A stretch of DNA of 64,000 bases, from positions 1 to 64,000 of IMG/VR virus record IMGVR_UViG_3300010885_027635. One strand, written 5' to 3'. Source of the stretch: a virus. Of the stretch, positions 7,871 through 16,225 are shown piece after piece. A program made the position numbers and the translations under genes. Under the pieces are notes generated by a model. The model made no database searches and was not told the origin of the DNA. It worked only from the letters and a program-made list of their open reading frames with translations. Each line of letters starts with the position of its first letter. Position 1 is the stretch's first letter.

Positions 7871-9385
7871 ATGTTTAATAAAAAAATACTATGTATTGGC
7901 AACGAAACACCAAATACCGACAAGTTAGTCGGCGTATTAGCCTCCAATGACGCAACTACCAATCATGGGCTGATTACTACCGATTCATTTTATCCACAGG
8001 ATCCTGGGTACTATCACACCAGCATAGCAGATCTATCACCTGGTGATATTGTTATTAACCTGGCTCCTTGCTTTGATTCAATTATAATGCTAGACCAAGG
8101 CATAGACGATTATCCACATTGGAAATCGTTTGTAAATACCTTTAGGCTCATGATTGAGTTAGAAAAAAAACAATTTAATACAGATTTTAGAAACAATCAA
8201 AACAACAAAACTATTATCTATTGGCACGACCTGTTTAAATCCAACAAGAGCCTGTGTGCCTTGCCGTTTATAAACTTGATCAACGACTACGGATCTGCTG
8301 TTATGTGTATGAAATGTTCAGATCCGGTGACCAAAATCGAGTCAATTACTGATTGGTCTACGGATCCAGCATTTGCTCCTATTAGAAATAACATGCTGGC
8401 CGGGTTGCAGATGACAGACAAATGCAATATTTGTTATGAGCGAGAAGAACTAAGTGGCGAGTCTGCTAGACAGTTTGAATCGCTTGAATGGGTAATGGAT
8501 CTAAGATTAACCAATAAGCTAGATCTAAAAAATGTAAAGTATCCTGTTAGTTATGAAATAAGACCCAGCAACAAGTGTAATATAATGTGCAGAATGTGTG
8601 ATGATAAACACAGCCACCTAATAGAAGAAGAAAATAAAAAATTAGGGATTCCGGTGACAACCGACACTTGGCGTTTTCAAGATTTTCCCTATGACAAAAT
8701 TAACTTTGACACAGCAAAACGCATTTACTGGGCCGGTGGAGAGCCTACTATTTTTCCAGAGTTCTATGAATTTCTCAGACGTTGTATCAAACAAAATCAG
8801 ACCAACTTTGATTTGAACATCGGAACCAATGCACAAAAACTCAGTGACAGACTGATGGATCTGTTGAAAGAATTTCCTAGAGTAACGTTTAGTGTCAGCA
8901 TCGACGGCTATAAAAAAATAAACGATTACATCAGATGGGGTAGCAATTTTGATACGATTGTAGACAACTGTCATCGCGTACAGGAACAAGGACATGTGTT
9001 GGCATTTCAAACTGTGATCAGTTTATACAATGCCACCCGGGTTCACGAGATTTATGAATTTTATGATCGAGAGTTTCCAGGGTGTAATACCTTGGTACAA
9101 CCAGCTGGGGACACATCAACTTCATTAGGACCTTGGCATAATCCATTGCGAAAACAAGTGTTAGAATCAATGTACCGTTGTAGAGAAACCAAGGTATATT
9201 ACAATTCAGGACGCAATACCAATCATCTGGTGGACGAAATCATTGATCGTTTTGAAAATTATGATTGTGATTTTGATCTGCTGGCGGCATTTTTCAAGTA
9301 CAATGACCAACTAGATCAAGCCAGAGGAAGTCGTCTCGGAGACTATATTCCAGAATTAGAACAAGCACGAGCGTTATTAAAATGA
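7871..9385 (+). CDS. radical SAM protein with N-terminal extension and Cys-rich (twitch-like) domain
   Basis: CNIMCRMC, AGGEP, SIDG...YIRWGS; upstream CALPF..C..C..CNIC. Confidence 0.9.
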   Translation: MFNKKILCIGNETPNTDKLVGVLASNDATTNHGLITTDSFYPQDPGYYHTSIADLSPGDIVINLAPCFDSIIMLDQGIDDYPHWKSFVNTFRLMIELEKKQFNTDFRNNQNNKTIIYWHDLFKSNKSLCALPFINLINDYGSAVMCMKCSDPVTKIESITDWSTDPAFAPIRNNMLAGLQMTDKCNICYEREELSGESARQFESLEWVMDLRLTNKLDLKNVKYPVSYEIRPSNKCNIMCRMCDDKHSHLIEEENKKLGIPVTTDTWRFQDFPYDKINFDTAKRIYWAGGEPTIFPEFYEFLRRCIKQNQTNFDLNIGTNAQKLSDRLMDLLKEFPRVTFSVSIDGYKKINDYIRWGSNFDTIVDNCHRVQEQGHVLAFQTVISLYNATRVHEIYEFYDREFPGCNTLVQPAGDTSTSLGPWHNPLRKQVLESMYRCRETKVYYNSGRNTNHLVDEIIDRFENYDCDFDLLAAFFKYNDQLDQARGSRLGDYIPELEQARALLK

Positions 9386-9666
9386 ACTACTACTATGAAA
9401 TAGATCCAAAATATGATGGCACCATCTTTGGCGACACTTGGCGATATTGGTGTATGTATAACTGCTCACCTGCAGACAATGGCAAAATGTGTTTTAAAAC
9501 ACATGACGACTTTGTGGCTCGTAGCACCAAAGTATGGTTAGAAAATGCCAACGGTGTGTACATGATCAAACCTGCTTGGGAAGCTCGTCGACACAGAGTA
9601 GATAAGCACGAGTTTACCATGATCAAACTACGAGCAAAAACAATCAAATGGTGGTCGGGTGAGTAA
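9382..9666 (+). CDS. small hypothetical protein (divergent array member)
   Basis: ATGA coupled; VDKHEFTMIKLRA. Confidence 0.7.
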   Translation: MNYYYEIDPKYDGTIFGDTWRYWCMYNCSPADNGKMCFKTHDDFVARSTKVWLENANGVYMIKPAWEARRHRVDKHEFTMIKLRAKTIKWWSGE

Positions 9667-9934
9667 GGACGAGTATTATGCTGATACAGCCGCTAGATTA
9701 GATACCATCATTGGCGGTGATACTCAACACTTCTTACGCTTACAACGAGTTAAGAATGAGTATGATAATCTTGCTCGTGACGTGCCGATTGGACAGGGGT
9801 TCTTGACATTCAACGACTACGTAAAAGAATACTATGGTGTTAAACTTGAGTATGATGGCGATAATGTAAGCCTAGCGTATAGTGTTGTAGATGAAAAGAA
9901 ACATCTTGTGTTTATATTAAAATTTAACCGATAA
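9659..9934 (+). CDS. small protein, F-x-L-K-F family
   Basis: ends VVDEKKHLVFILKFNR. Confidence 0.75.
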   Translation: MSKDEYYADTAARLDTIIGGDTQHFLRLQRVKNEYDNLARDVPIGQGFLTFNDYVKEYYGVKLEYDGDNVSLAYSVVDEKKHLVFILKFNR

Positions 9935-10182
9935 TGCACGTGAACAACTACACTCTGCCTAGACCCACAGAAGCACTGCTGGATCAGTGTCATACAGTGT
10001 ATATCAACGATCCTGCGTTTCGTATGTGGGCTATGAAAAAGTATTGTAGAGAAAACAATTTAAGTTTGGTATGGTCTGAATTGGTCGAGACCAGTGATGT
10101 CAGTGCCTATTTTGATGAGGCTGCTGCGTTTTACTTTGTTGATCCAGCAGATGCTACATTGTTTAGATTAAAATTTAAGTAA
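9934..10182 (+). CDS. small protein, F-x-L-K-F family
   Basis: ends FYFVDPADATLFRLKFK; TAATG coupling. Confidence 0.8.
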   Translation: MHVNNYTLPRPTEALLDQCHTVYINDPAFRMWAMKKYCRENNLSLVWSELVETSDVSAYFDEAAAFYFVDPADATLFRLKFK

Positions 10183-10409
10183 TGGCTATAGATCGTAATC
10201 CTAAACTTGTTATTCCTATAAAGACCTACAGTCACTATACTGAGTGTGAGCCTTGGTGTCACGCCAATGTAGGGGTATGGAATGAGGACTGGTGGAAGGA
10301 CTTTCCAGATATTGCTATGAATATAGCCTTGGGCGAAGGAACCCAGCCTGATTGTTATTGGTTTCATCGAGAACAGGATGCTCTAATGTTTAGGTTACGA
10401 TTTGTATGA
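10182..10409 (+). CDS. small protein, F-x-L-R-F family
   Basis: ends YWFHREQDALMFRLRFV; TAATG coupling. Confidence 0.8.
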   Translation: MAIDRNPKLVIPIKTYSHYTECEPWCHANVGVWNEDWWKDFPDIAMNIALGEGTQPDCYWFHREQDALMFRLRFV

Positions 10410-10627
10410 TGTGGAGTATGGTCATTGCCAAAGTGTTGACCACAGTTATGTCCTGGTTAGATGCCGGCAATTTACGTAATAAGGTTTACCAGCAGGCCGA
10501 AGAAGCAGAAATAATGATGACCGCATTAGAAGATATTGAACGCATGAGTCGAGAAGATAATATTAAACAATACGCTCGTAAGGCCATCATTACAGTAAAA
10601 GGATTGCCCCTTGAAGACCACAGTTAA
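10406..10627 (+). CDS. hypothetical protein
   Basis: coupled ORF, helical character. Confidence 0.65.
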   Translation: MMWSMVIAKVLTTVMSWLDAGNLRNKVYQQAEEAEIMMTALEDIERMSREDNIKQYARKAIITVKGLPLEDHS

Positions 10628-10913
10628 AAAGAACTTGATCATATTCCATAGTGTGCGTGAGTTTGAAGAACTACATCATCGCTTGTTCAAAGAATACGGG
10701 CAAAGTACTATGATGATATCATGGAAAATGAAACGCGAGCTTGGGTTTACTATTCGTCATCACAAAGGACTTGTGCCGCACGGAGACTCCGAATGGCAAA
10801 TAATGAAAAGAGAAGGATGGAATCATCGTTATCATTATGAAGATCAAGTGCATTTGGACTTTTATAACGAAGCTCAACAGAGCTTTTTTGTGCTTAAATA
10901 CCTAAATAACTAA
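10611..10913 (+). CDS. small protein, F-x-L-K-Y family
   Basis: ends LDFYNEAQQSFFVLKYLNN. Confidence 0.75.
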   Translation: MKTTVKKNLIIFHSVREFEELHHRLFKEYGQSTMMISWKMKRELGFTIRHHKGLVPHGDSEWQIMKREGWNHRYHYEDQVHLDFYNEAQQSFFVLKYLNN

Positions 10914-10916
10914 CGG

Positions 10917-10945
10917 TTGACCAATAAATCCATTTCGTATATAAT
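10917..10945 (+). promoter_or_regulatory. sigma70-type early promoter
   Basis: TTGACC-N17-TATAAT; same flanks (CGG..., AG-AGTATAGT) as promoter at 5453. Confidence 0.8.
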
Positions 10946-10973
10946 AGTAGTATAGTTAATAATAAGGACACTT

Positions 10974-12266
10974 ATGAGCACAGCTACTACAGCAAATAAA
11001 AAAGAATCCGATAAGTTTAAGGACTTGTGCGGCCCAACTGACCCTAAATTAGATCGTGAAGTTCGTGAAAAGCTGATCACTGCTCGTGTGGGCCTATTAC
11101 TCCGTGCCAGCTTTTTTGGTAATTTGGCTACTAGGTTGAAGTTGGTCAATGCTGACGAATGGTGTCCTACTGCCGCAACTGACGGGCGTAATTTTTACTA
11201 TAACAGCCGTTTTGTAGAAATGCTCAAGCCCAAAGAGATTGAATTCTTGTTTGGACATGAGGTATTGCATTGTGTGTATGATCACTTTGGCCGCCGTGGT
11301 GATCGTGATCCGCAATTATTTAACATTGCCAATGACTACTGTGTCAATGCTGACTTGAAAAAACATCGTGTAGGCGAGTTCATTACCTCAGTACCGTGTT
11401 TATATGATGCAAAATATCAGGACATGAGTTCAGAAGAGATCTACGATATCTTGTATGAAAATGCAGAAAAAATTGACATTGGTAGTCTAATTGACAAAAT
11501 GCTGGACGAGCATCTGGATGGCGAAGGTAACGATGCTAGCGGCGAAGGTGATGGCGACGAAAAAAGTGGCAAGGGCGGTGGTCGTCCTAAGTTATCAGCT
11601 GAAGAAAAACAAAAAATCCGTGACGAAATCAAAGAAGCTGTCTTAGCGGCCGCGTCAGCCAGTGACGGTGCAGGTAACTTGCCAGCAGGTGTTAAACGTA
11701 TCATTGAAGATATGACTGCACCCAAAATGAACTGGCGTGAGTTGCTCCGTATGCAATTGGAAAGCACTATCAAGAGTGACTATACCTGGATGCGTAACAG
11801 TCGCAGAGGCTGGCACATGGATGCGGTTATGCCTGGTATGAAGCTGGATCCAATGATCGATATTGCTGTCAGTATTGATGCATCGGGATCTATGGGTAAT
11901 CAAATGCTCAAGGACTTTTTAGGTGAAGTAGCCGGCATTATGGAACAGTTCCCTAACTATCGTATCCATGTGCTGAGCTTTGATACCCGAGTGTACAATC
12001 CACAACAATTTGATAGTGAGAACTTAGACGATATCACCGGCTATGAGATTGCAGGTGGTGGTGGCACAGACTTTGATTGTGTATTTCAATACTTCAAAGA
12101 AAACGAAATTGAACCCAAGCGTCATATTATGTTTACAGACGGTTATCCCAATGGTTCGTGGGGTGATGAGCAGTATTGTGATACTGTGTTTATCATGCAC
12201 GGTACCACTAGCATTGTTCCACCATTTGGTCAATACGCTTACTACGAAGAAGAAAGTAAACACTAA
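10974..12266 (+). CDS. HExxH metallopeptidase + VWA domain protein (DUF2201-like), MoxR partner
   Basis: TAATDG, GHEVLH, NIANDY; acidic Gly linker; MIDAS DASGS, GGGGTDF, FTDG. Confidence 0.9.
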   Translation: MSTATTANKKESDKFKDLCGPTDPKLDREVREKLITARVGLLLRASFFGNLATRLKLVNADEWCPTAATDGRNFYYNSRFVEMLKPKEIEFLFGHEVLHCVYDHFGRRGDRDPQLFNIANDYCVNADLKKHRVGEFITSVPCLYDAKYQDMSSEEIYDILYENAEKIDIGSLIDKMLDEHLDGEGNDASGEGDGDEKSGKGGGRPKLSAEEKQKIRDEIKEAVLAAASASDGAGNLPAGVKRIIEDMTAPKMNWRELLRMQLESTIKSDYTWMRNSRRGWHMDAVMPGMKLDPMIDIAVSIDASGSMGNQMLKDFLGEVAGIMEQFPNYRIHVLSFDTRVYNPQQFDSENLDDITGYEIAGGGGTDFDCVFQYFKENEIEPKRHIMFTDGYPNGSWGDEQYCDTVFIMHGTTSIVPPFGQYAYYEEESKH

Positions 12267-12463
12267 TGATTCAAGGACTAGAACACGTAGGTACTGATCA
12301 TAAGTGTACGGTATGCAGTTGTGATTTTACTGACGACGAAGGCGGTATCCAAGGACACTTTGGAATATTACCCGTAGCATTTTGCCCTACCTGCTACAGT
12401 TGTATGTTAGATATGGCAGGGCAAAATTTAGAACTTATCGGAGAAGAAGATGAACAGTATTAG
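12266..12463 (+). CDS. small Zn-ribbon protein
   Basis: CTVC...CPTC; TAATG coupling. Confidence 0.7.
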   Translation: MIQGLEHVGTDHKCTVCSCDFTDDEGGIQGHFGILPVAFCPTCYSCMLDMAGQNLELIGEEDEQY

Positions 12464-12611
12464 AGCATTTTATTTAAAAAATCAAACAGAAATTACTTGG
12501 TTTTTAATTGGTGTATTGACCTTGTCGGGTTTACAAGACCTAGGAGTAGGCAACTACATTGGTGCCCTAGTTTCATTTGGTCTGGTGTATCTCAACTATA
12601 AACTTAATTAG
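12450..12611 (+). CDS. small membrane protein, 53 aa (not in ORF track)
   Basis: MNSIRAFYLKNQTEITWFLIGVLTLSGLQDLGVGNYIGALVSFGLVYLNYKLN*, two hydrophobic segments. Confidence 0.65.
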   Translation: MNSIRAFYLKNQTEITWFLIGVLTLSGLQDLGVGNYIGALVSFGLVYLNYKLN

Positions 12612-12629
12612 TATGGCATCAGTTTTACC

Positions 12630-12657
12630 AAAACACCCCTAAATGGGGTGTTTTTCT
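12630..12657 (+). terminator. intrinsic terminator
   Basis: AAAACACCCC-TAAAT-GGGGTGTTTTT. Confidence 0.85.
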
Positions 12658-12701
12658 TTGTAAAAATAAATTAACGGCATATATTAGTGTTAAATATCTA
12701 T

Positions 12702-12926
12702 ATGGAAAATAATATCACAGTCGCAGACTTAAATCTGCTTAAAAACATTATTGATCTTGCCAGCACCCGTGGCGCATTCCGGGCAGGCGAGATGAAAGAA
12801 ATTGGAGAAGTTTACAACAAGCTCTCTCAATTTTTAGAAGCGGTGGTTGCACAAGCTGCCGCTCAAGAAGCAGACACTGCTGAAGCGGATGGATCCGACC
12901 AAGCTAGCGTACCCCAAGGAGAATAA
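12702..12926 (+). CDS. hypothetical phage protein
   Basis: MENNITVADL..IIDLASTRGAFRAGEM; TAAATA 5 nt upstream. Confidence 0.75.
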   Translation: MENNITVADLNLLKNIIDLASTRGAFRAGEMKEIGEVYNKLSQFLEAVVAQAAAQEADTAEADGSDQASVPQGE

Positions 12927-12927
12927 A

Positions 12928-13644
12928 ATGGCATTTATGAAACACGTAGGTAAACACGGCGACCGTAAGGTATGCATCCTGTTCCGTCAGGTTCCAGGCG
13001 AAGATCACATGGCTTTGCTCATCTATCCAGACACACTTCATGCTCACTGGCAACAATCTATTCAAGCTGTGGTAGAAAGCGATATTGCTCAACAAGCAGA
13101 AGAACTGGCTGACGCACTACATCGTAACTTCTTGCCAGATGGTCGTGCAATTCTACAAACACTGCACGAAGAGCGTATGATCAAGAAGGTCCGTACTTCC
13201 GACATCATTGTTACTCCAACTGCTAACTCTAATATTCGTCTTGATGAATTAAACAAGATGTTAAACGAAATGAAGTTAGGTGCAGATGCTATCAAGAAAA
13301 TGGCACAGAACGATGCTAGCCGCGGTATGGTTGCACCAGAAGTTAAACGTGCCGCTGAAGCAGAGTTTAAAGCACAACAATCAGCACCAGCGGCACCTAA
13401 ATTTCAAGCTCCACAAGATGCTGCATTAAGTGATCGAGACATTGCTGCCAACATGGTGTTCCAAGCTAAGAAAATGGAACTTGAAGCCAAGGCCATGATC
13501 GCCGAAGCTAGTCGCATGAAGAAACAAGCACAAGTTATGGATCCTCATGTGGTAGCCAAAGAAGCACCAGCCACACCCGCGGCAACTTCAGTCAAACGCG
13601 GCCGTCCAGCAAAGACCAAGGCGGTGGCGGATGCAGCTCAATGA
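12928..13644 (+). CDS. hypothetical phage protein (C-terminal KRGRP, AT-hook-like)
   Basis: SD AGGAG before ATG 12928 (MAFMKHVGKH). Confidence 0.8.
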   Translation: MAFMKHVGKHGDRKVCILFRQVPGEDHMALLIYPDTLHAHWQQSIQAVVESDIAQQAEELADALHRNFLPDGRAILQTLHEERMIKKVRTSDIIVTPTANSNIRLDELNKMLNEMKLGADAIKKMAQNDASRGMVAPEVKRAAEAEFKAQQSAPAAPKFQAPQDAALSDRDIAANMVFQAKKMELEAKAMIAEASRMKKQAQVMDPHVVAKEAPATPAATSVKRGRPAKTKAVADAAQ

Positions 13645-13933
13645 TGATTTTTTAGATCAATGGGAACATATTATTGCAGGTGTAAACAAAACAGATGTTC
13701 CTCTTGAATGTATCAAAAAAGTCGTAATTAAATTAGCAGGCAGTCGTCAAAAAACTATTAATGTTCATACCTTGCTCAAGCAAGGGTTAGAATTAAGTGA
13801 GGTGGAAACCATGCTCACAAGATTCTTTAAGGACAACGATCACGAAATCAAAGACGTGGACTTTGTGGTGGACATTAGTGCTGTGGCTAGCTTGATACAA
13901 CCCGAAACCGATAAGCTGTTAGGCAAACTCTAG
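13631..13933 (+). CDS. hypothetical protein
   Basis: coupled ORF, 100 aa. Confidence 0.75.
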   Translation: MQLNDDFLDQWEHIIAGVNKTDVPLECIKKVVIKLAGSRQKTINVHTLLKQGLELSEVETMLTRFFKDNDHEIKDVDFVVDISAVASLIQPETDKLLGKL

Positions 13934-13934
13934 A

Positions 13935-13963
13935 TTGCAAGATCTAGAGTTTTTTGCTATAAT
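13935..13963 (+). promoter_or_regulatory. sigma70-type promoter overlapped by terminator-like hairpin
   Basis: TTGCAA-N17-TATAAT with TG; inverted repeat AAACTCTAGAT/ATCTAGAGTTT at 13925-13952. Confidence 0.65.
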
Positions 13964-13969
13964 AACAGT

Positions 13970-14209
13970 ATGCAGAAAATAGACTTCCACTCCTTTGGTA
14001 TGGGCGATGTAGAGGATCCAGAACTCTATGCCGCACAACCGTTATATGAGTGGCAACAAACAGAAAAAGGGCAGTGGGTAATGAAGCACTGTTCAGACCC
14101 ACGATATATTGTGCGACCAGATGTCAATACCTTTGGGCATAAAATTATAGTCTACGGAGAAGTAGAAGATAAGTTAGCAACAGAATACTTACTAAAGTGG
14201 GGCAAATGA
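13970..14209 (+). CDS. small protein, Y-x-L-K-W family member
   Basis: ends EVEDKLATEYLLKWGK. Confidence 0.75.
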   Translation: MQKIDFHSFGMGDVEDPELYAAQPLYEWQQTEKGQWVMKHCSDPRYIVRPDVNTFGHKIIVYGEVEDKLATEYLLKWGK

Positions 14210-15186
14210 AAATACTTGTAACAGGAGGCTTGGGTTTTATAGGCCACAATGTTGTTGCCCTATTAGAAAGTCAAGGTCATACTTGTGTCATCACTGACAC
14301 GCAAACCACTTATGGAATTGTACCGCCGGCAGAATTAGATTATCTTGTCGCTGAACGTCGTAAAAAAATAAAAACAGATAGAATTTATAGAATTGACATC
14401 AGCGACGCTGATGGCATTGCCTGGTTAATGCGTGAACATCAACCCAATGTTGTTGTACACTTGGCCAGCTTCCCCCGACAAAAAGTAGTTAATAGAGACC
14501 CTGCCTGGGGTAGTCGTGTTATGAGTGAAGGGCTACTTAATTTGCTAGAAGCCAGCACTTGTAACCATGTACAAAAATTTGTATATGTAAGTTCCAGCAT
14601 GGTCTACGGCGATTTTAAAAACACTTACTTTGACGGTGTAACTGAAAGTCACCCAACTGATCCTTTGGGGCAATATGGTATAATGAAGTTGGCTGGAGAA
14701 TGGTTAGTACGCGACTATACTCGCAGAACCAACATGGCTCATACTATCATAAGACCAAGTGCTGTGTACGGACCACTTGATGTTGAAGATCGTGTGGTTT
14801 CAAAGTTTTTGCTGGCAGCCATGCGTGGCGATACGCTAAAAGTCAACGGTGGTGCAGAAGAATTAGATTTTACCTATGTAACTGATGCTGCCAATGGCAT
14901 TGCTCAAGCCGCTGTCAGTGATAATACCCACAACACAACCTACAACATTACCCGAGGACAATCGAGAACCTTGTTAGAAGCAGCCGAACTAGCTGTCAGC
15001 ATAGTTGGGCAAGGATCAATTGATATACAACAGCCCGACAATAACTTCCCCAGCAGAGGACAGTTAAATATGCAAAGAGCACACCTAGACTTTGGGTATA
15101 CGCCCACAGTAAACATTGAACAAGGATTTAAACTCTATTATGAATGGCTTAAAGATTCCGTTTACGGGATTAAAAAAGCAGTATAA
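14206..15186 (+). CDS. NAD-dependent epimerase/dehydratase (extended SDR)
   Basis: MKILVTGGLGFIG, SSSMVYG, YGIMK, DFTYVTD. Confidence 0.93.
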   Translation: MKILVTGGLGFIGHNVVALLESQGHTCVITDTQTTYGIVPPAELDYLVAERRKKIKTDRIYRIDISDADGIAWLMREHQPNVVVHLASFPRQKVVNRDPAWGSRVMSEGLLNLLEASTCNHVQKFVYVSSSMVYGDFKNTYFDGVTESHPTDPLGQYGIMKLAGEWLVRDYTRRTNMAHTIIRPSAVYGPLDVEDRVVSKFLLAAMRGDTLKVNGGAEELDFTYVTDAANGIAQAAVSDNTHNTTYNITRGQSRTLLEAAELAVSIVGQGSIDIQQPDNNFPSRGQLNMQRAHLDFGYTPTVNIEQGFKLYYEWLKDSVYGIKKAV

Positions 15187-16225
15187 CAATCTCCGTACAG
15201 AGATCTTAGATGCCACAGATGAAGTCCTTCGGTCTGGTCAACTCATGGCCGGCAACTATACCGCAGAGTTTGAAAATTGGTTAGCCAAACGGAATCACAG
15301 CAAGTACGCTGTAACTTGCCACTCGGGCAGTCAAGCCCTAGAAATAATTGCCGAATTCTATCGCCTACAATCTAGCACCAATCCTCCCAGGGTAGTTGTG
15401 CCCGCAATGACTTATGTGGCCACAGCAAACGCATTTATACGAGCAGGTTGGGAAGTGTATATTGCTGACACCGACTATCATGGCTTGCTAGACAAGAAAA
15501 AGATACCCAACGAACTTAGTGTACAAGCAACTGTGTTGGTTGGCTTGTATGGTGCCGCAGTCAATGCTGATCGCTTTTGGGCCACAGATCTAATTATCGA
15601 AGACGGTGCTCAACACTGGTTAAGCAACAACTGTACAAGAATTGGCAATGCTACTGCTATAAGTTTTGACCCAATGAAGAATTTAAATGCTTATGGCAAT
15701 GGTGGTGCTGTGGTAACTGATGACATAGACCTGTTGGAGTTTGCACGTGAATGGACCAATAACGGCAAACCTAAACACGCCAATATTGGTACCAACAGTA
15801 GGATGAGCGAAACAGAGTCAGCACAAATGATGGTCAAAACACGATACATTGATCAGTGGCAAGCACGTCGGAAAAATATTGCTTTGTACTGGACCAGCAG
15901 ATTAAAGAACACTGGCATTAGAAGTCTAATTGATGCTGGTAACTTTGAAACACATTGCTGTCACAAGTTTGTTATCGATGTGGACAACCGAGACATACTT
16001 GGTCGCAATCTAGAAATCAAGGGTATTGAAACTAGAGTACACTACAAGGAGCCTCTGCATGAGTTGCCTGCTTATAGTGATTACACAGGACCCGACATAC
16101 TAAGTGTAGCTAGTGCATTGAGTCGTCGTGTGTTAAGTTTACCTATCTATCCAGAACTAACTGACCTAGAAGTTGAATACATCATTGACTCGGTGTTAGA
16201 TTCCGCTTTATCAATGCGTAGCTAG
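15140..16225 (+). CDS. DegT/DnrJ/EryC1/StrS sugar aminotransferase
   Basis: SGSQAL, PAMTYVATANA, EDGAQH, SFDPMKNL-GNGG, LSLPIYPEL. Confidence 0.92.
   Translation: MNGLKIPFTGLKKQYNNLRTEILDATDEVLRSGQLMAGNYTAEFENWLAKRNHSKYAVTCHSGSQALEIIAEFYRLQSSTNPPRVVVPAMTYVATANAFIRAGWEVYIADTDYHGLLDKKKIPNELSVQATVLVGLYGAAVNADRFWATDLIIEDGAQHWLSNNCTRIGNATAISFDPMKNLNAYGNGGAVVTDDIDLLEFAREWTNNGKPKHANIGTNSRMSETESAQMMVKTRYIDQWQARRKNIALYWTSRLKNTGIRSLIDAGNFETHCCHKFVIDVDNRDILGRNLEIKGIETRVHYKEPLHELPAYSDYTGPDILSVASALSRRVLSLPIYPELTDLEVEYIIDSVLDSALSMRS

Noticed and set aside
6920-10913. Small ORFs as RiPP precursors for the radical SAM enzymes
   Set aside because: They look like folded 60-105 aa proteins with a conserved C-terminus rather than leader/core peptides, and no RRE/PqqD domain, peptidase-transporter or exporter was seen. 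Considered unlikely, not strictly excluded.
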